From positions 32,001 to 96,000 of the forward strand of contig JAVZNE010000002.1 of the NCBI GenBank assembly GCA_038882975.1: DNA of 64,000 nt, read 5' to 3'. The position numbers and the translations under genes are program-made. The notes under the pieces are model-generated. The model searched no databases, was not told the DNA's origin, and saw only the letters and a program-made list of their open reading frames with translations. How positions within the stretch are numbered: the first letter of the stretch is position 1; each line of letters opens with the position of its first letter. This DNA comes from Candidatus Bathyarchaeia archaeon. GTDB taxonomy: Archaea; Thermoproteota; Bathyarchaeia; Bathyarchaeales; Bathycorpusculaceae. Shown here in pieces: positions 7,982-17,526 of the stretch.

Positions 7982-10546
7982 TTATGACCTATTCGCTGGG
8001 AACTGCATGAAAGGTACAAGGCCTACTGCTCTGTATACCTTGCATAGGAGGGCTCTGTTCTGCCAAGAGCCCGTGTAGGGGTCTAGGGTTTCAAGGTCAT
8101 CTGGTACGAGCACATTTGTATTGGATATCCAATTGCCGTACCACCAGTATTTGTCGCCGGGAAGCTCGGGATACCACCAGCTGGCTTCAGCATTTACAAC
8201 CTTGGGATGTATGGCGCTTGATATTTTGGCTTTCATAAGGATTTTGCCTCTTTTGGTTTCTATCCAAACCCATTCGCCTTCAGCTATGCCAAGCTCCCGT
8301 GCTGTCTCGGGGTGTATTTCAACCAGCGGGTCAGGATGCTGTTCCCGCATCCCCATGCCCCATTGTCTCAGCTCAGAGTGGAATTGTGGCCTAAACCTTC
8401 CACCAGTTGTGAGTATTAATGGGTATTCTTTGGCTAGCTCCGGTTGCGTTACTGGACTTTCATATGGCTCAATATAGTACGGAAGAGGACTCTTTCCTAA
8501 CTGTTTAAATATCGTCACCCAAATTTCAGCTCTGCCAGTAGGAGTACCGAAACCTCTTGGTCTGCCAGTGTTCGGATTAATGTGCTCATAGCTCCTCGGT
8601 GTCCATGTAGCTATTACGTATAAGTCCTTTGCCTCTTCGAGCGTAAAACCTATTGGCTCCAATCTTGCATTATCAGCCTCTTCCAGAGTTTCCCATGGAA
8701 AAGCGTCTCTCCACTTCTCTTCTGGAAGCAGTCTTTTTGCAAGCTCTCTGAAAATCCAGTATTCATCTTTTCTTTCGCCTAAAGGTTCGATTGCCTTTTC
8801 CCAAACCGTTAATCCAGGATGGAAGTCTTCAAAAGTGGCTACGTAGGGTCTTTCAAGGGACTTCGTTGCAGCTGGCAACACATAGTCTGCAAAGGTGCAT
8901 GATGGATTCATCCACCTATCTATTACAACTGTTAATTCTAAATTAGGGCTGCTTAATGCTTGATAAACGAGTTTAGTATTGGGAGCCCACACAGCAGGAT
9001 TTCCAGCCCATATTATTAGACTCTTGACTGGATACGGTTTACCGGAGATTATTGCTCGAGCTAAAACTGGCCAGTTAACACCAAACATGTGGCCTGAAAC
9101 ACACGGGTTGATTCTCCAAACCCTTTTGTAGTGAGGCTTTACTAGGTCGAACATGGGCCAAGCCATTATTGGAAATATGTCCGCTCCAAGCTGTTTCTTC
9201 TTCATTTCAGGTGAAAGATGATCTTGATAGTCCAGCAAAGCCTCCCTCAGAAACATTCTCCCGCCTATCTCTGGGCCTGGCTGCGTCATGATGTCCCCGC
9301 CGACCACATCTAAGTTTCCTGTGAGAATTCTTAACATGCAGCGGGCTATTTCAACAGACATCGAAGCTCTACCAAGCTGATCTGGGGCTACGCCCCTATA
9401 CATACATGCAGGCTTTGTTGTAGCATAAAGCCTAGCTGACTCCACTAAGAGTTTCTCTGGAACCCACGTAACCTCAGACATCTTTTCTGGAGGATACTCC
9501 ATAACCCTTTCCTTGAGGGCTGTGAAAGCAGTTTTACATTCAACAGTCTGACCGTCAACAGTCTCCACTTTGAAGTACCCTTCCGACTCAACTTTAACAT
9601 CCTCATCTGGAATAGGCTCACCGCCCAGCGTGTAGAATTGCTGCATCACCGGATCCCATATGACTGGACCCCTCTTTTTGTCTATAGCCACGTATCTGTC
9701 ATCTCTGCCGCCTTTAACAATGTCTTTTTCCGTGAGCCACCAATCTTTATCTATTCTAAGCAACAATGGTCCGTTGGACCACCTTTCAATAAACCCTTGG
9801 TCATACAGCTTCTCTTTAAGTATGACATACATCCATGCTAAGAAAACCCCAGCGTCCGTTCCAGGCCTCAGCTGAAGCCAATAATCCGCCACTCTAGCCT
9901 CTTCAGTGAACCTCGGATCCAACACTATGAGGTGAACTTCCTCCCCGCTTGCCTTCCGCCTCATTATGTTGTTCCATTGTTGTGGAAGCGACTCCGAAGG
10001 ATGCCGGCTGTCCAGAACTATACATTTTGAATTGGCTATGTCCGGTGTATGTGTATTGTTACCGTAAATGCAGTACTGCATGGAAACGTCGCATGTGGAG
10101 CATATGGTTCCGGGCGAAGAAATATTGCCGGGGTTGCCTATCGCAAACGCAAACCTAGATCTTGCCCAATAAAGGTCGCTTCTATAAGTTCCTTCAATGA
10201 AGGCTATGCACTCAGGCCCATACTTATCAATAAGCTCTCTAAGTTTGGCAGCGATTTCATCCAATGCTTGATTCCACGATATTCTTTGCCATTGTCCCGA
10301 CCCTCTTTCGCCGATACGTTTAAGTGGATACTTAAGTTGATCAGGATGGTAAATGAAGTCAACCATGTGACGTATTCTCTCTTCACATACAAATCCACGG
10401 CTCACAGGATGCTCCGGATTACCTGTGACCTTCACAAGACGCCCAGTCTTTTTATCCACGTAAGCCAGCAGACCGCAACGGCACCAACACCCTGGCTCAC
10501 CACTGTGACAGCCGATTTTTTTAACTTCGAGTTCCTCTTCAGACAT
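7982..10546 (-). CDS. bis-MGD oxidoreductase, acetylene-hydratase-like clade
   Basis: CHSGEPGCWCRC...C cluster, GTICSTC, LRPGTD, KKKQLGADIFP...KPYPVK segment resembling acetylene hydratase. Confidence 0.87.
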   Translation of the reverse strand: MSEEELEVKKIGCHSGEPGCWCRCGLLAYVDKKTGRLVKVTGNPEHPVSRGFVCEERIRHMVDFIYHPDQLKYPLKRIGERGSGQWQRISWNQALDEIAAKLRELIDKYGPECIAFIEGTYRSDLYWARSRFAFAIGNPGNISSPGTICSTCDVSMQYCIYGNNTHTPDIANSKCIVLDSRHPSESLPQQWNNIMRRKASGEEVHLIVLDPRFTEEARVADYWLQLRPGTDAGVFLAWMYVILKEKLYDQGFIERWSNGPLLLRIDKDWWLTEKDIVKGGRDDRYVAIDKKRGPVIWDPVMQQFYTLGGEPIPDEDVKVESEGYFKVETVDGQTVECKTAFTALKERVMEYPPEKMSEVTWVPEKLLVESARLYATTKPACMYRGVAPDQLGRASMSVEIARCMLRILTGNLDVVGGDIMTQPGPEIGGRMFLREALLDYQDHLSPEMKKKQLGADIFPIMAWPMFDLVKPHYKRVWRINPCVSGHMFGVNWPVLARAIISGKPYPVKSLIIWAGNPAVWAPNTKLVYQALSSPNLELTVVIDRWMNPSCTFADYVLPAATKSLERPYVATFEDFHPGLTVWEKAIEPLGERKDEYWIFRELAKRLLPEEKWRDAFPWETLEEADNARLEPIGFTLEEAKDLYVIATWTPRSYEHINPNTGRPRGFGTPTGRAEIWVTIFKQLGKSPLPYYIEPYESPVTQPELAKEYPLILTTGGRFRPQFHSELRQWGMGMREQHPDPLVEIHPETARELGIAEGEWVWIETKRGKILMKAKISSAIHPKVVNAEASWWYPELPGDKYWWYGNWISNTNVLVPDDLETLDPYTGSWQNRALLCKVYRAVGLVPFMQFPANRS

Positions 10547-10947
10547 GAGAATATTCTCCTTAAAGAAGAGAAGGTGTGGCACCAGTTAATAAAAAAATTT
10601 CGGTAACATCTAGTTCTAATTTAAATGGTGCTTTATGATTCTAGGCATTGTAAAAATTAAATTATGAAGCCAACAGAACCATTTCGAGGTATAGTGTTGT
10701 CCGCTCGTCTAGGATGGATATGCTGTTTACGGGAGATGGTGTTAACCTTTGTCTTGGTTTGCTTTATGCGTAGGGAGCTTTCCAAACGGTTTTGAGAAAT
10801 GAACCATTTTCATGGACCACGACTCAAACACAGATACCATACATAGCATAGCTGCAGTTTACGTGTCTCCCTTAACAATGTACCTGCTAGAGAACCTTGG
10901 TGCAGTTAAAGTTAAAATTTATTTGTTTCCCTTATGGAATGTACTTT

Positions 10948-12345
10948 ATGGATGCTCTCGCCGAAACGAATAGCCTCTGCCCAGAGTGCCTCCAAGTCGT
11001 TCCTGCTAAGATAACCACTGACGGTGCAAGAGTTTACATAGAGAAATTTTGCGGACAGCATGGAAAAACAACAGCCTTAATATGGAGTGACCTTAAACTC
11101 TACACACGGGCACTGCGTTTTTCTAGACCGGGTAAACCAGCTAAACCCCATATTAAAAACATTGTTAGAGGTTGCCCCTTTGACTGTGGCCTTTGCCCTT
11201 CTCATAGGCAACATACATGCCTAGCTATATTAGAGGTTACAGACGCTTGCAACCTTTTATGTCCAGTATGCCTCGCGGATTCAAAAAGCATTCCTAAATG
11301 GAACCCAACAATCGAAGACTTTGAAATGATGCTTAAAGAACTTTTAAGGTGCGAGGGCAAACCCACTGCCATTCAGCTGTCAGGAGGAGAACCAACAATT
11401 AGAAAAGACCTCCTTGACATAGTAGGGTTGTGTAAGGATTTAGGCTTTAAGTTGATTGAGATAGACACAAATGGCATAGAGCTGGCGAAAAATCCAAGTC
11501 TAGCTAAAGATTTAGCAGATATTGAAATCAGCGGAATATACTTGCAATTTGATGGTTTATTCCGGGAAGTTTATCAAATAATCAGGGGGCGTGATTTAAC
11601 AAAAATTAAGGAAAAAGCTATTAAAAACTGTTTAAACGCGGGTTTGAGCGTAACCTTGGCAGTAACCGTTATAAAAGGCGTTAACGAGCATCATCTGTGG
11701 GATATAATTAAATACGCGGTGTCAAGGAAAGCCATAGGAGTTAACTTCCAACCTTTTGCCGCTCTTGGGAGATATCCGTTAACCCTATTTAACCCATTAA
11801 ATAGGACAACTATAAGTGATGTACAAATAGGGATTGAACAACAAAGCTGCGGAAAAGTTAAAGCTGTCGATTTCATGCCAGTGCCGTGTCCCGACCCAAG
11901 ATGTTCATCGCTATTATACGCCTATTACCGCACAAACAGAGAGCTACACACAATGAACACGCTTGCTGACATGGAGCAATTAATAGATAAATATTCACTC
12001 AAAAATGAGTTCATAGAGTTTGACAAGCTGTTAAAGGCTGTAGCCGATGAGCTCAATATTTCAAATACCTTCCTTAGAAAATTCAAACCTCAAGCAATCG
12101 GTTCACCCCTCAGACTCTTACTAGAATATTTGAAGCCGGAAGGCTTCTTTTCCGTAGGGTGCCACTTCGCCCAAGACGCTTGGACAGTTAATTTAGAAAG
12201 ACTATCAAAGTGCTGTGTCCACGAATTGAGGGAAAACGGAAGACTTGTACCATTCTGTCTCTACAATATTACATCCACGGATGGTGAAAAGCTGTACAGA
12301 AACAGCGATTTATTCCTTAGATCATCTGGAGTTCGACGGGTATAG
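10948..12345 (+). CDS. Radical SAM protein of the MJ0619/Tes-related superfamily, TrsS-like
   Basis: N-terminal CPEC...CxxH, GCPFDCGLC, CNLLCPVC radical SAM motif, GGEP, C-terminal QDAW...KCCVH...PFCLYN...LYR. Confidence 0.85.
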   Translation: MDALAETNSLCPECLQVVPAKITTDGARVYIEKFCGQHGKTTALIWSDLKLYTRALRFSRPGKPAKPHIKNIVRGCPFDCGLCPSHRQHTCLAILEVTDACNLLCPVCLADSKSIPKWNPTIEDFEMMLKELLRCEGKPTAIQLSGGEPTIRKDLLDIVGLCKDLGFKLIEIDTNGIELAKNPSLAKDLADIEISGIYLQFDGLFREVYQIIRGRDLTKIKEKAIKNCLNAGLSVTLAVTVIKGVNEHHLWDIIKYAVSRKAIGVNFQPFAALGRYPLTLFNPLNRTTISDVQIGIEQQSCGKVKAVDFMPVPCPDPRCSSLLYAYYRTNRELHTMNTLADMEQLIDKYSLKNEFIEFDKLLKAVADELNISNTFLRKFKPQAIGSPLRLLLEYLKPEGFFSVGCHFAQDAWTVNLERLSKCCVHELRENGRLVPFCLYNITSTDGEKLYRNSDLFLRSSGVRRV

Positions 12346-12589
12346 GTGACTGTTGATTTATACAGTTAATTATCGCGTTAAAGTTTGGATTTTCACCTGA
12401 AAGATTAAGTTTGCCGCCTGAAAGCTTAACGATGAAATCCTTGGCGCATTGTTTGAAAGTCATGACGAAAGTGGCATAAATCATCGGTTCAAGTTTAGGC
12501 TCCGTCGTTATTTCATAATTTGTCTCAGCAACCTTTTTAACAACCACCAGAAGTTTTGGGGGTAAATTTGATCTCGGTAAGAATATCAT
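12317..12589 (-). CDS. Hypothetical protein
   Basis: 90 aa ORF with GAGAGG upstream of ATG; no recognised motif. Confidence 0.5.
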   Translation of the reverse strand: MIFLPRSNLPPKLLVVVKKVAETNYEITTEPKLEPMIYATFVMTFKQCAKDFIVKLSGGKLNLSGENPNFNAIINCINQQSPIPVELQMI

Positions 12590-12760
12590 GCTGAAACCTC
12601 TCAGCTAAAAAGTAAATGATCAAATTAAAGCTTTTCGCATTTATACCAGTGCTTCAATATTTTCGTCTAGGTGTTGGAGGAATAGGCGTTCAGACTGAAA
12701 AATAAACCTTACTGAAAATTAAATATCGCCTTGATTAGAAAATAAGCAAAGGGAGAAGAA

Positions 12761-13108
12761 ATGTCTGCCATATTGTGTCCCAAAATTAAACTGTGGTTTG
12801 TCAATGAAAATAATGAGCCCATATTAGGCGAAGGCCTTGCGAGGCTATTAGAAGCCATTGAAAAGTACGGCTCCATCACTCAGGCGTCATCAAATTTAAA
12901 TATGTCCTATCGATACGCTCTTCACAGAATTTCCCTTGCAGAGAAACGCTTAGGGTTTAAACTTGTCCAGAGACATCGCGGCGGGGTTTTGGGAGGTTCT
13001 TCAGAATTGACGACTAAAGGAAAGGTGCTTCTTGAAAAGTATGAAAAACTAGAAAAGGAAGTGGCTAAATTCCTAAAAACTGGGAGGCATAGATTTAAAA
13101 TTAGATAG
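12761..13108 (+). CDS. ModE-family winged-helix transcriptional regulator (DNA-binding domain only)
   Basis: GEGLARLLEAIEKYGSITQA..LNMSYR...RGGVLGGSSELT. Confidence 0.9.
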   Translation: MSAILCPKIKLWFVNENNEPILGEGLARLLEAIEKYGSITQASSNLNMSYRYALHRISLAEKRLGFKLVQRHRGGVLGGSSELTTKGKVLLEKYEKLEKEVAKFLKTGRHRFKIR

Positions 13109-13126
13109 CATATTTCTGTTAAACTC

Positions 13127-13921
13127 TTAAAGTTGCTTAGGTCTAATTATTATTTGCTGGCAAGCGTTTTTGAAACCTGGAGTCCCGCCTCCCTCTGAGA
13201 CCACTTGTAGAACTTTATTGCTATCTGTGATTCTTATACCACCTATGATTGTAACACCGCGCTTGAAAAGAGGATCTGGAAACATATTCGCTGTTGGACC
13301 TACAAGGGCTACTTCTTTTGCAGTTTTAGAAAGTTCCAAGAGATGATCTATGGTTCCATTGGCTAAAGTTGTTCCAGTGATTATGGCAATGGTGGCTTGC
13401 GGGAGGATTTCATCGGCTGCTGTGTCTGGAAAAACGTTTGCCTCACGCATCCTCGGGTTTCTTTCTAATATGAAAATTTTTCTGGTTTTCTCCATGATTT
13501 TTGGGATGAAGGGATGAATATTTCCTACAAGGACAACTGTATCATTTCGCCTGATTTTAAGTTGATCGATAAGGTCTCCTTCAGCAATCACGTATCTATC
13601 CAGATTTTTCTCCATAGCCAGCTGAGATAGGGCGTTTAAAGCTGCTACGCCTACGACGGCCTCGCTTAAATCCCATGATAAAGATAATTCAGCGATTTTT
13701 ATGGCAGAGCTGCCGGCTAAGGTTCCGGCTTTTCTCCAAATTTGGCAGCAATTTGGCGCTATTTCGCTGCTGAAAGTGTAACATAATCCTACATGTCCCG
13801 TACTCAGTTGAACTGCAGTATAACCCAATCCAATAAGAACCCTTTTGGCTTGTATCGCATTTATATCCTCAATTTGAGCCTTAACAAAGTGCAATAATTC
13901 TCTGATTATTTTTCCCGGCAC
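13127..13921 (-). CDS. DUF364/DUF4213 Rossmann-like putative metal-chelation protein
   Basis: GLGYTAVQL, GVAALNA, IITGTTLANGT, LVGPTA motifs. Confidence 0.82.
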   Translation of the reverse strand: MPGKIIRELLHFVKAQIEDINAIQAKRVLIGLGYTAVQLSTGHVGLCYTFSSEIAPNCCQIWRKAGTLAGSSAIKIAELSLSWDLSEAVVGVAALNALSQLAMEKNLDRYVIAEGDLIDQLKIRRNDTVVLVGNIHPFIPKIMEKTRKIFILERNPRMREANVFPDTAADEILPQATIAIITGTTLANGTIDHLLELSKTAKEVALVGPTANMFPDPLFKRGVTIIGGIRITDSNKVLQVVSEGGGTPGFKNACQQIIIRPKQL

Positions 13922-14038
13922 GACGGAAACCTCAAGGTTGGATTTTCGGTTAGAAGGAATATTAAAGCTTTTATATCGATGTTACAAATTTATAATATCG
14001 CTTTAAGCCAAAATCAACAACACAAGGGGATGAAAGGA

Positions 14039-14614
14039 ATGGAAGAAGTAAAGTTGGCTGAGATGCTTCATGGACATCTATCTCCGGGAGTTGCTCTCGG
14101 GATTCGAATGGGACAAATTGGGTTAGAAAAGTTGAACCTTTCGAAGGGGGATAAAAGGCTTTTCGCCGTCGTCGAAACAGCGCTGTGCTTGGCTGACGGC
14201 GTTCAAGTAAGCACTGGATGCACGCCCGGGCACTCCTCTTTATGCGTTAAAGATTTCGGAAAACTCGCCGTCTGCATAGCTAGATCAGATACAAAGGAGG
14301 GGGTGCGATTGTCTCTGAAGCATGAACGTGTACCCTCGACGGTTGAGGACTGGATTATGCGCAGGAGAAAGTTTAGCCACGATGAGGAGGAGAAAGTTGT
14401 CAGAGAAATACTACGTTTAGACGAGGCGTTTTTTCATGTAGAGCATGTGGCCGTTGAACCGTTCTCGAATTTTGAAGAAGCAACAATAGTAAAGTGCGAC
14501 GCATGTAGTGAATGGGTTGTTGAAACAAAAACGGTCAAAGCTAAGGAAAAAATCCTTTGTAAATCATGCAGCGGTGCAAGATACTACCAGCCACTTAAAC
14601 CTTCCAGCAAATAG
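14039..14614 (+). CDS. FmdE-family protein with C-terminal Zn finger
   Basis: HGHLSPGVALG, CLADGVQVSTGCTPG, CxxC...CxxC. Confidence 0.88.
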   Translation: MEEVKLAEMLHGHLSPGVALGIRMGQIGLEKLNLSKGDKRLFAVVETALCLADGVQVSTGCTPGHSSLCVKDFGKLAVCIARSDTKEGVRLSLKHERVPSTVEDWIMRRRKFSHDEEEKVVREILRLDEAFFHVEHVAVEPFSNFEEATIVKCDACSEWVVETKTVKAKEKILCKSCSGARYYQPLKPSSK

Positions 14615-14634
14615 AACTTTGAGGAGGTTAAGAG

Positions 14635-15744
14635 ATGCGGAAAAGCCTTCTCGCCCTAATAATTTCCATTTTGCTATTAGCCTTATGTTTGACAGCTTAC
14701 CACGCGTGGCTTTCTCCAAACCGCAACGAAGGAACCATTGTGGTTACTGACGCCCTCGGCAGAACCGTCAAAATAAAAACGCCGATAAACAAGGTGATAA
14801 TAACCGGAAAAAGCGCATGGCCTATAATAACAGTGGCGTACATGTTTCCAAACGCCAAAAACGTTCTAATTAATTTAAGTGCAAGTATAAATGTCCCACT
14901 GTTCCAGAAAATCGACCCAAACATAAAATCCAAAACTGTTCAAACAACTGAGCTCAGTGCTGAGGCAATAGCTGGGGCAAAACCAGACGTTGTTATACTC
15001 AAGTCTACCATGACCATGAAGGAATTAGGCGACCAGCTTGAAGGGTTAGACATTAAAGTTGTCTATGTTGATTTTGAAAACTTGGAAAACTACATTCGAG
15101 ACTTAAAAGTGCTAGGAAAAATTTTCATGGACGAGAAAAGAGGCGAAAAATTAGCAAGATACTACAATGAAACATACAATTTCATTACATCAAGAACTAA
15201 AACGCTTGCAATCAATGAACGCGAAAAAGTTCTATTCCTATATTACAGTACCAAAGGCGGCATTATCACATTTAACGTGCCAGGCAGCGGTTGGCTGCAA
15301 ACATTCATGATAGAAGCCGCAGGAGGCTCCTCATTATCAAAGGAACTATCTGGAGCCGGATGGAACCCCGTGAATTTTGAGCAAATTGCAAAATGGAACC
15401 CGGACGTAATATTCCTTGTCACTTACTCAAAATCTCCGACGTCCAGCGACTTAAAAAGGCAACTTCTAGAAAACGCCACTTGGAGTAGCATATCTGCCGT
15501 TCAAAGCGGGAGGGTTTACGCTGTTCCAGACGACTGTAACGTTGGCGCTTTAGGAAGTTGGGATTGCCCAGGCTCGCGTTGGATCATCGGACTAGAATGG
15601 ATGGCAAAGAAAATAAACCCAGAACTTTTCAGCAGCGACTTAGACATTATAGCGGAAACTAGAAAGTTCTACATGGAAATGTATGGCCTAAGCCAGTCAG
15701 ACGCTGAAGCAATCATTAACCAAATTACTGGAGATTTTCCATAG
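14635..15744 (+). CDS. Class III (BtuF/FepB/MolA-type) ABC substrate-binding protein
   Basis: N-terminal TM anchor, TDALGRTV, EAIAGAKPDVV, FEQIAKWNPDVI. Confidence 0.88.
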   Translation: MRKSLLALIISILLLALCLTAYHAWLSPNRNEGTIVVTDALGRTVKIKTPINKVIITGKSAWPIITVAYMFPNAKNVLINLSASINVPLFQKIDPNIKSKTVQTTELSAEAIAGAKPDVVILKSTMTMKELGDQLEGLDIKVVYVDFENLENYIRDLKVLGKIFMDEKRGEKLARYYNETYNFITSRTKTLAINEREKVLFLYYSTKGGIITFNVPGSGWLQTFMIEAAGGSSLSKELSGAGWNPVNFEQIAKWNPDVIFLVTYSKSPTSSDLKRQLLENATWSSISAVQSGRVYAVPDDCNVGALGSWDCPGSRWIIGLEWMAKKINPELFSSDLDIIAETRKFYMEMYGLSQSDAEAIINQITGDFP

Positions 15745-15755
15745 TACCTCAAAGG

Positions 15756-16739
15756 GTGGCGTTAGTGGCCAAACATACCAGCCGATTTCTAGCGCTTGTA
15801 TGCATATTGACCCTCACATTTATAATTTCCATTTTATTTGTCGGTAGGTACACGTTTAATATTTTTCAACTCATGAATGACGAGTTAGCCTTAAACATAA
15901 TTCTGAAAATTCGGTTACCCCGTGTGCTGACGGCAATGATGCTTGGCATGGCTTTGTCCGTTGCCGGGGCGGCTATGCAATCTGCCTTTAAAAACCCCCT
16001 AGTAGGCCCAGAAATTTTGGGTGTAAGCCAAGGAGCAGCATTCGGCGCAGCATTGGCTATACTTTTTCTCCCCGGAGACCCTTTAAAAGTGGAGCTTCTT
16101 TCAACAGTCTTTGGTTTATCGGCGCTAGTGGCGTCTTACGCTATTTCTTCGGCGATAAGGTATGGTGGGAGAATACTTAGACTTGTATTAGCCGGTTTGG
16201 CGGTTTCAGCCATGTTTTCGGCTGGCGTAGGCGTCATGAAATATTTGGCAGACCCTCTTAAACAACTGCCCGAGTTAACTTTTTGGCTTTTAGGAGGCTT
16301 ATCCGGCGTTGTTTGGAGGGACTTCTTTTACATGGCTCCATTAGCAGCCGCAGCCATCGCAATACTATTCATTGTTAGATGGCGAATAAACCTATTAACA
16401 CTAGATGACGACGTAATCACATCACTTGGAACAGACCCCAAGAAACTTAGAGCGTTAGTTGTTGCTTTAGCAGTGATCGCCACGGCAGCAGTGACCTCCG
16501 TGGCCGGGATCATAGGATGGATTGGGTTAACAGTTCCCCATATCTGCAGAAAGCTTTTCGGAGCTGAAAGCAGCAAGGTTATACCTGCGTCTATACTGCT
16601 AGGCGCCATACTGATGATTATTTTCGACGATATTGCACGGGCGGTATCAGCTGGTGAAATTCCCCTAGGCATAGTCACGTCGTTCCTAGGCGCCATCTTA
16701 TTTGTGTTATTCCTTTCAAGAGGAGTGCCACATGAATAA
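15756..16739 (+). CDS. FecCD/BtuC-family ABC permease
   Basis: IRLPR, QSAFKNPL..P.ILGVS.GA, GIIGWIGL.VPH, GEIPLG. Confidence 0.92.
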   Translation: MALVAKHTSRFLALVCILTLTFIISILFVGRYTFNIFQLMNDELALNIILKIRLPRVLTAMMLGMALSVAGAAMQSAFKNPLVGPEILGVSQGAAFGAALAILFLPGDPLKVELLSTVFGLSALVASYAISSAIRYGGRILRLVLAGLAVSAMFSAGVGVMKYLADPLKQLPELTFWLLGGLSGVVWRDFFYMAPLAAAAIAILFIVRWRINLLTLDDDVITSLGTDPKKLRALVVALAVIATAAVTSVAGIIGWIGLTVPHICRKLFGAESSKVIPASILLGAILMIIFDDIARAVSAGEIPLGIVTSFLGAILFVLFLSRGVPHE

Positions 16740-17526
16740 AATAGTCCTCAATAATCTAAGGTACCGGTACCCTATTTCTAAAACAAACGTGCTAAGGGGA
16801 GTAAACCTACAAATTCCAGAAGGCAAAGTCACGGCTTTACTGGGGCCAAACGGGTCGGGAAAATCCACACTTTTCAAAGTTTTGCTTAAAGTTTTAAGCC
16901 CATACGAAGGCGATGTATACGTAAACGGTGAAGATTTAAAACACATTAATGTTGATGCCTTAAGCAGAACGATAGCCTGGGTCCCCCAGGAGGAGGATGC
17001 GCTGTTTCCATACACAGTTTTAGACTATGTACTTTTGGGTAGAACACCCCATCTTGGCTTCTTTGATATGCCAAGCAAAAAAGACAAGGAAATTGCATAC
17101 AACGTTTTAACACGGCTAAACTTGTCCAATATAACCCATAGAAATGTTCCAACATTAAGTGGTGGCGAAAAGAAACTTGTTTCTATAGCTAGAGCACTTG
17201 TCCAAGAGTCGGATACTCTCGTCTTAGACGAGCCCACAGCACACTTAGACATTGGAAACAAGGTGAAAGTATTGAACATAATTAGAAAGATGGCTGACTC
17301 TGGAAAAACAGTTATATTCTCAACACATGACCCCAACGAAGCCTTCCTAGTTGCCGATAAAGTAGCCATAATAAACAATGGCGAGATTGTGAGTGAAGGC
17401 CCACCAGCTGCAGCCATGACGGAAGAGTTGTTGGAAAAAGTTTATGGCGTACCAGTTACTGTGCAGAGAGTGAATGATAAGCAGGTTTTGATGGGCATTG
17501 ACCCCGAAAGTTTTAGATCCACTTAA
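16732..17526 (+). CDS. ABC ATP-binding protein (FecE/BtuD/MolC type)
   Basis: GPNGSGKST, LSGGE, LDEPT, STHD. Confidence 0.93.
   Translation: MNKIVLNNLRYRYPISKTNVLRGVNLQIPEGKVTALLGPNGSGKSTLFKVLLKVLSPYEGDVYVNGEDLKHINVDALSRTIAWVPQEEDALFPYTVLDYVLLGRTPHLGFFDMPSKKDKEIAYNVLTRLNLSNITHRNVPTLSGGEKKLVSIARALVQESDTLVLDEPTAHLDIGNKVKVLNIIRKMADSGKTVIFSTHDPNEAFLVADKVAIINNGEIVSEGPPAAAMTEELLEKVYGVPVTVQRVNDKQVLMGIDPESFRST

Noticed and set aside
5651-10546. Calling these genes acetylene hydratase or formate dehydrogenase
   Set aside because: The catalytic Asp after the second cluster Cys is absent (Met/Trp). They also lack the FDH-type RxCH ligand context and have no in-frame TGA for Sec.
10600-10940. Long intergenic region as a Moco/Tuco riboswitch or small ORF
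   Set aside because: No recognisable Moco RNA consensus or convincing ORF; only a 9-bp GAACCATTT repeat, which could be chance.
10948-12345. Calling the radical SAM gene tetraether synthase (tes) or moaA
   Set aside because: The C-terminal and internal motifs look TrsS-like rather than Tes. The size and N-terminal rubredoxin domain are unlike MoaA.
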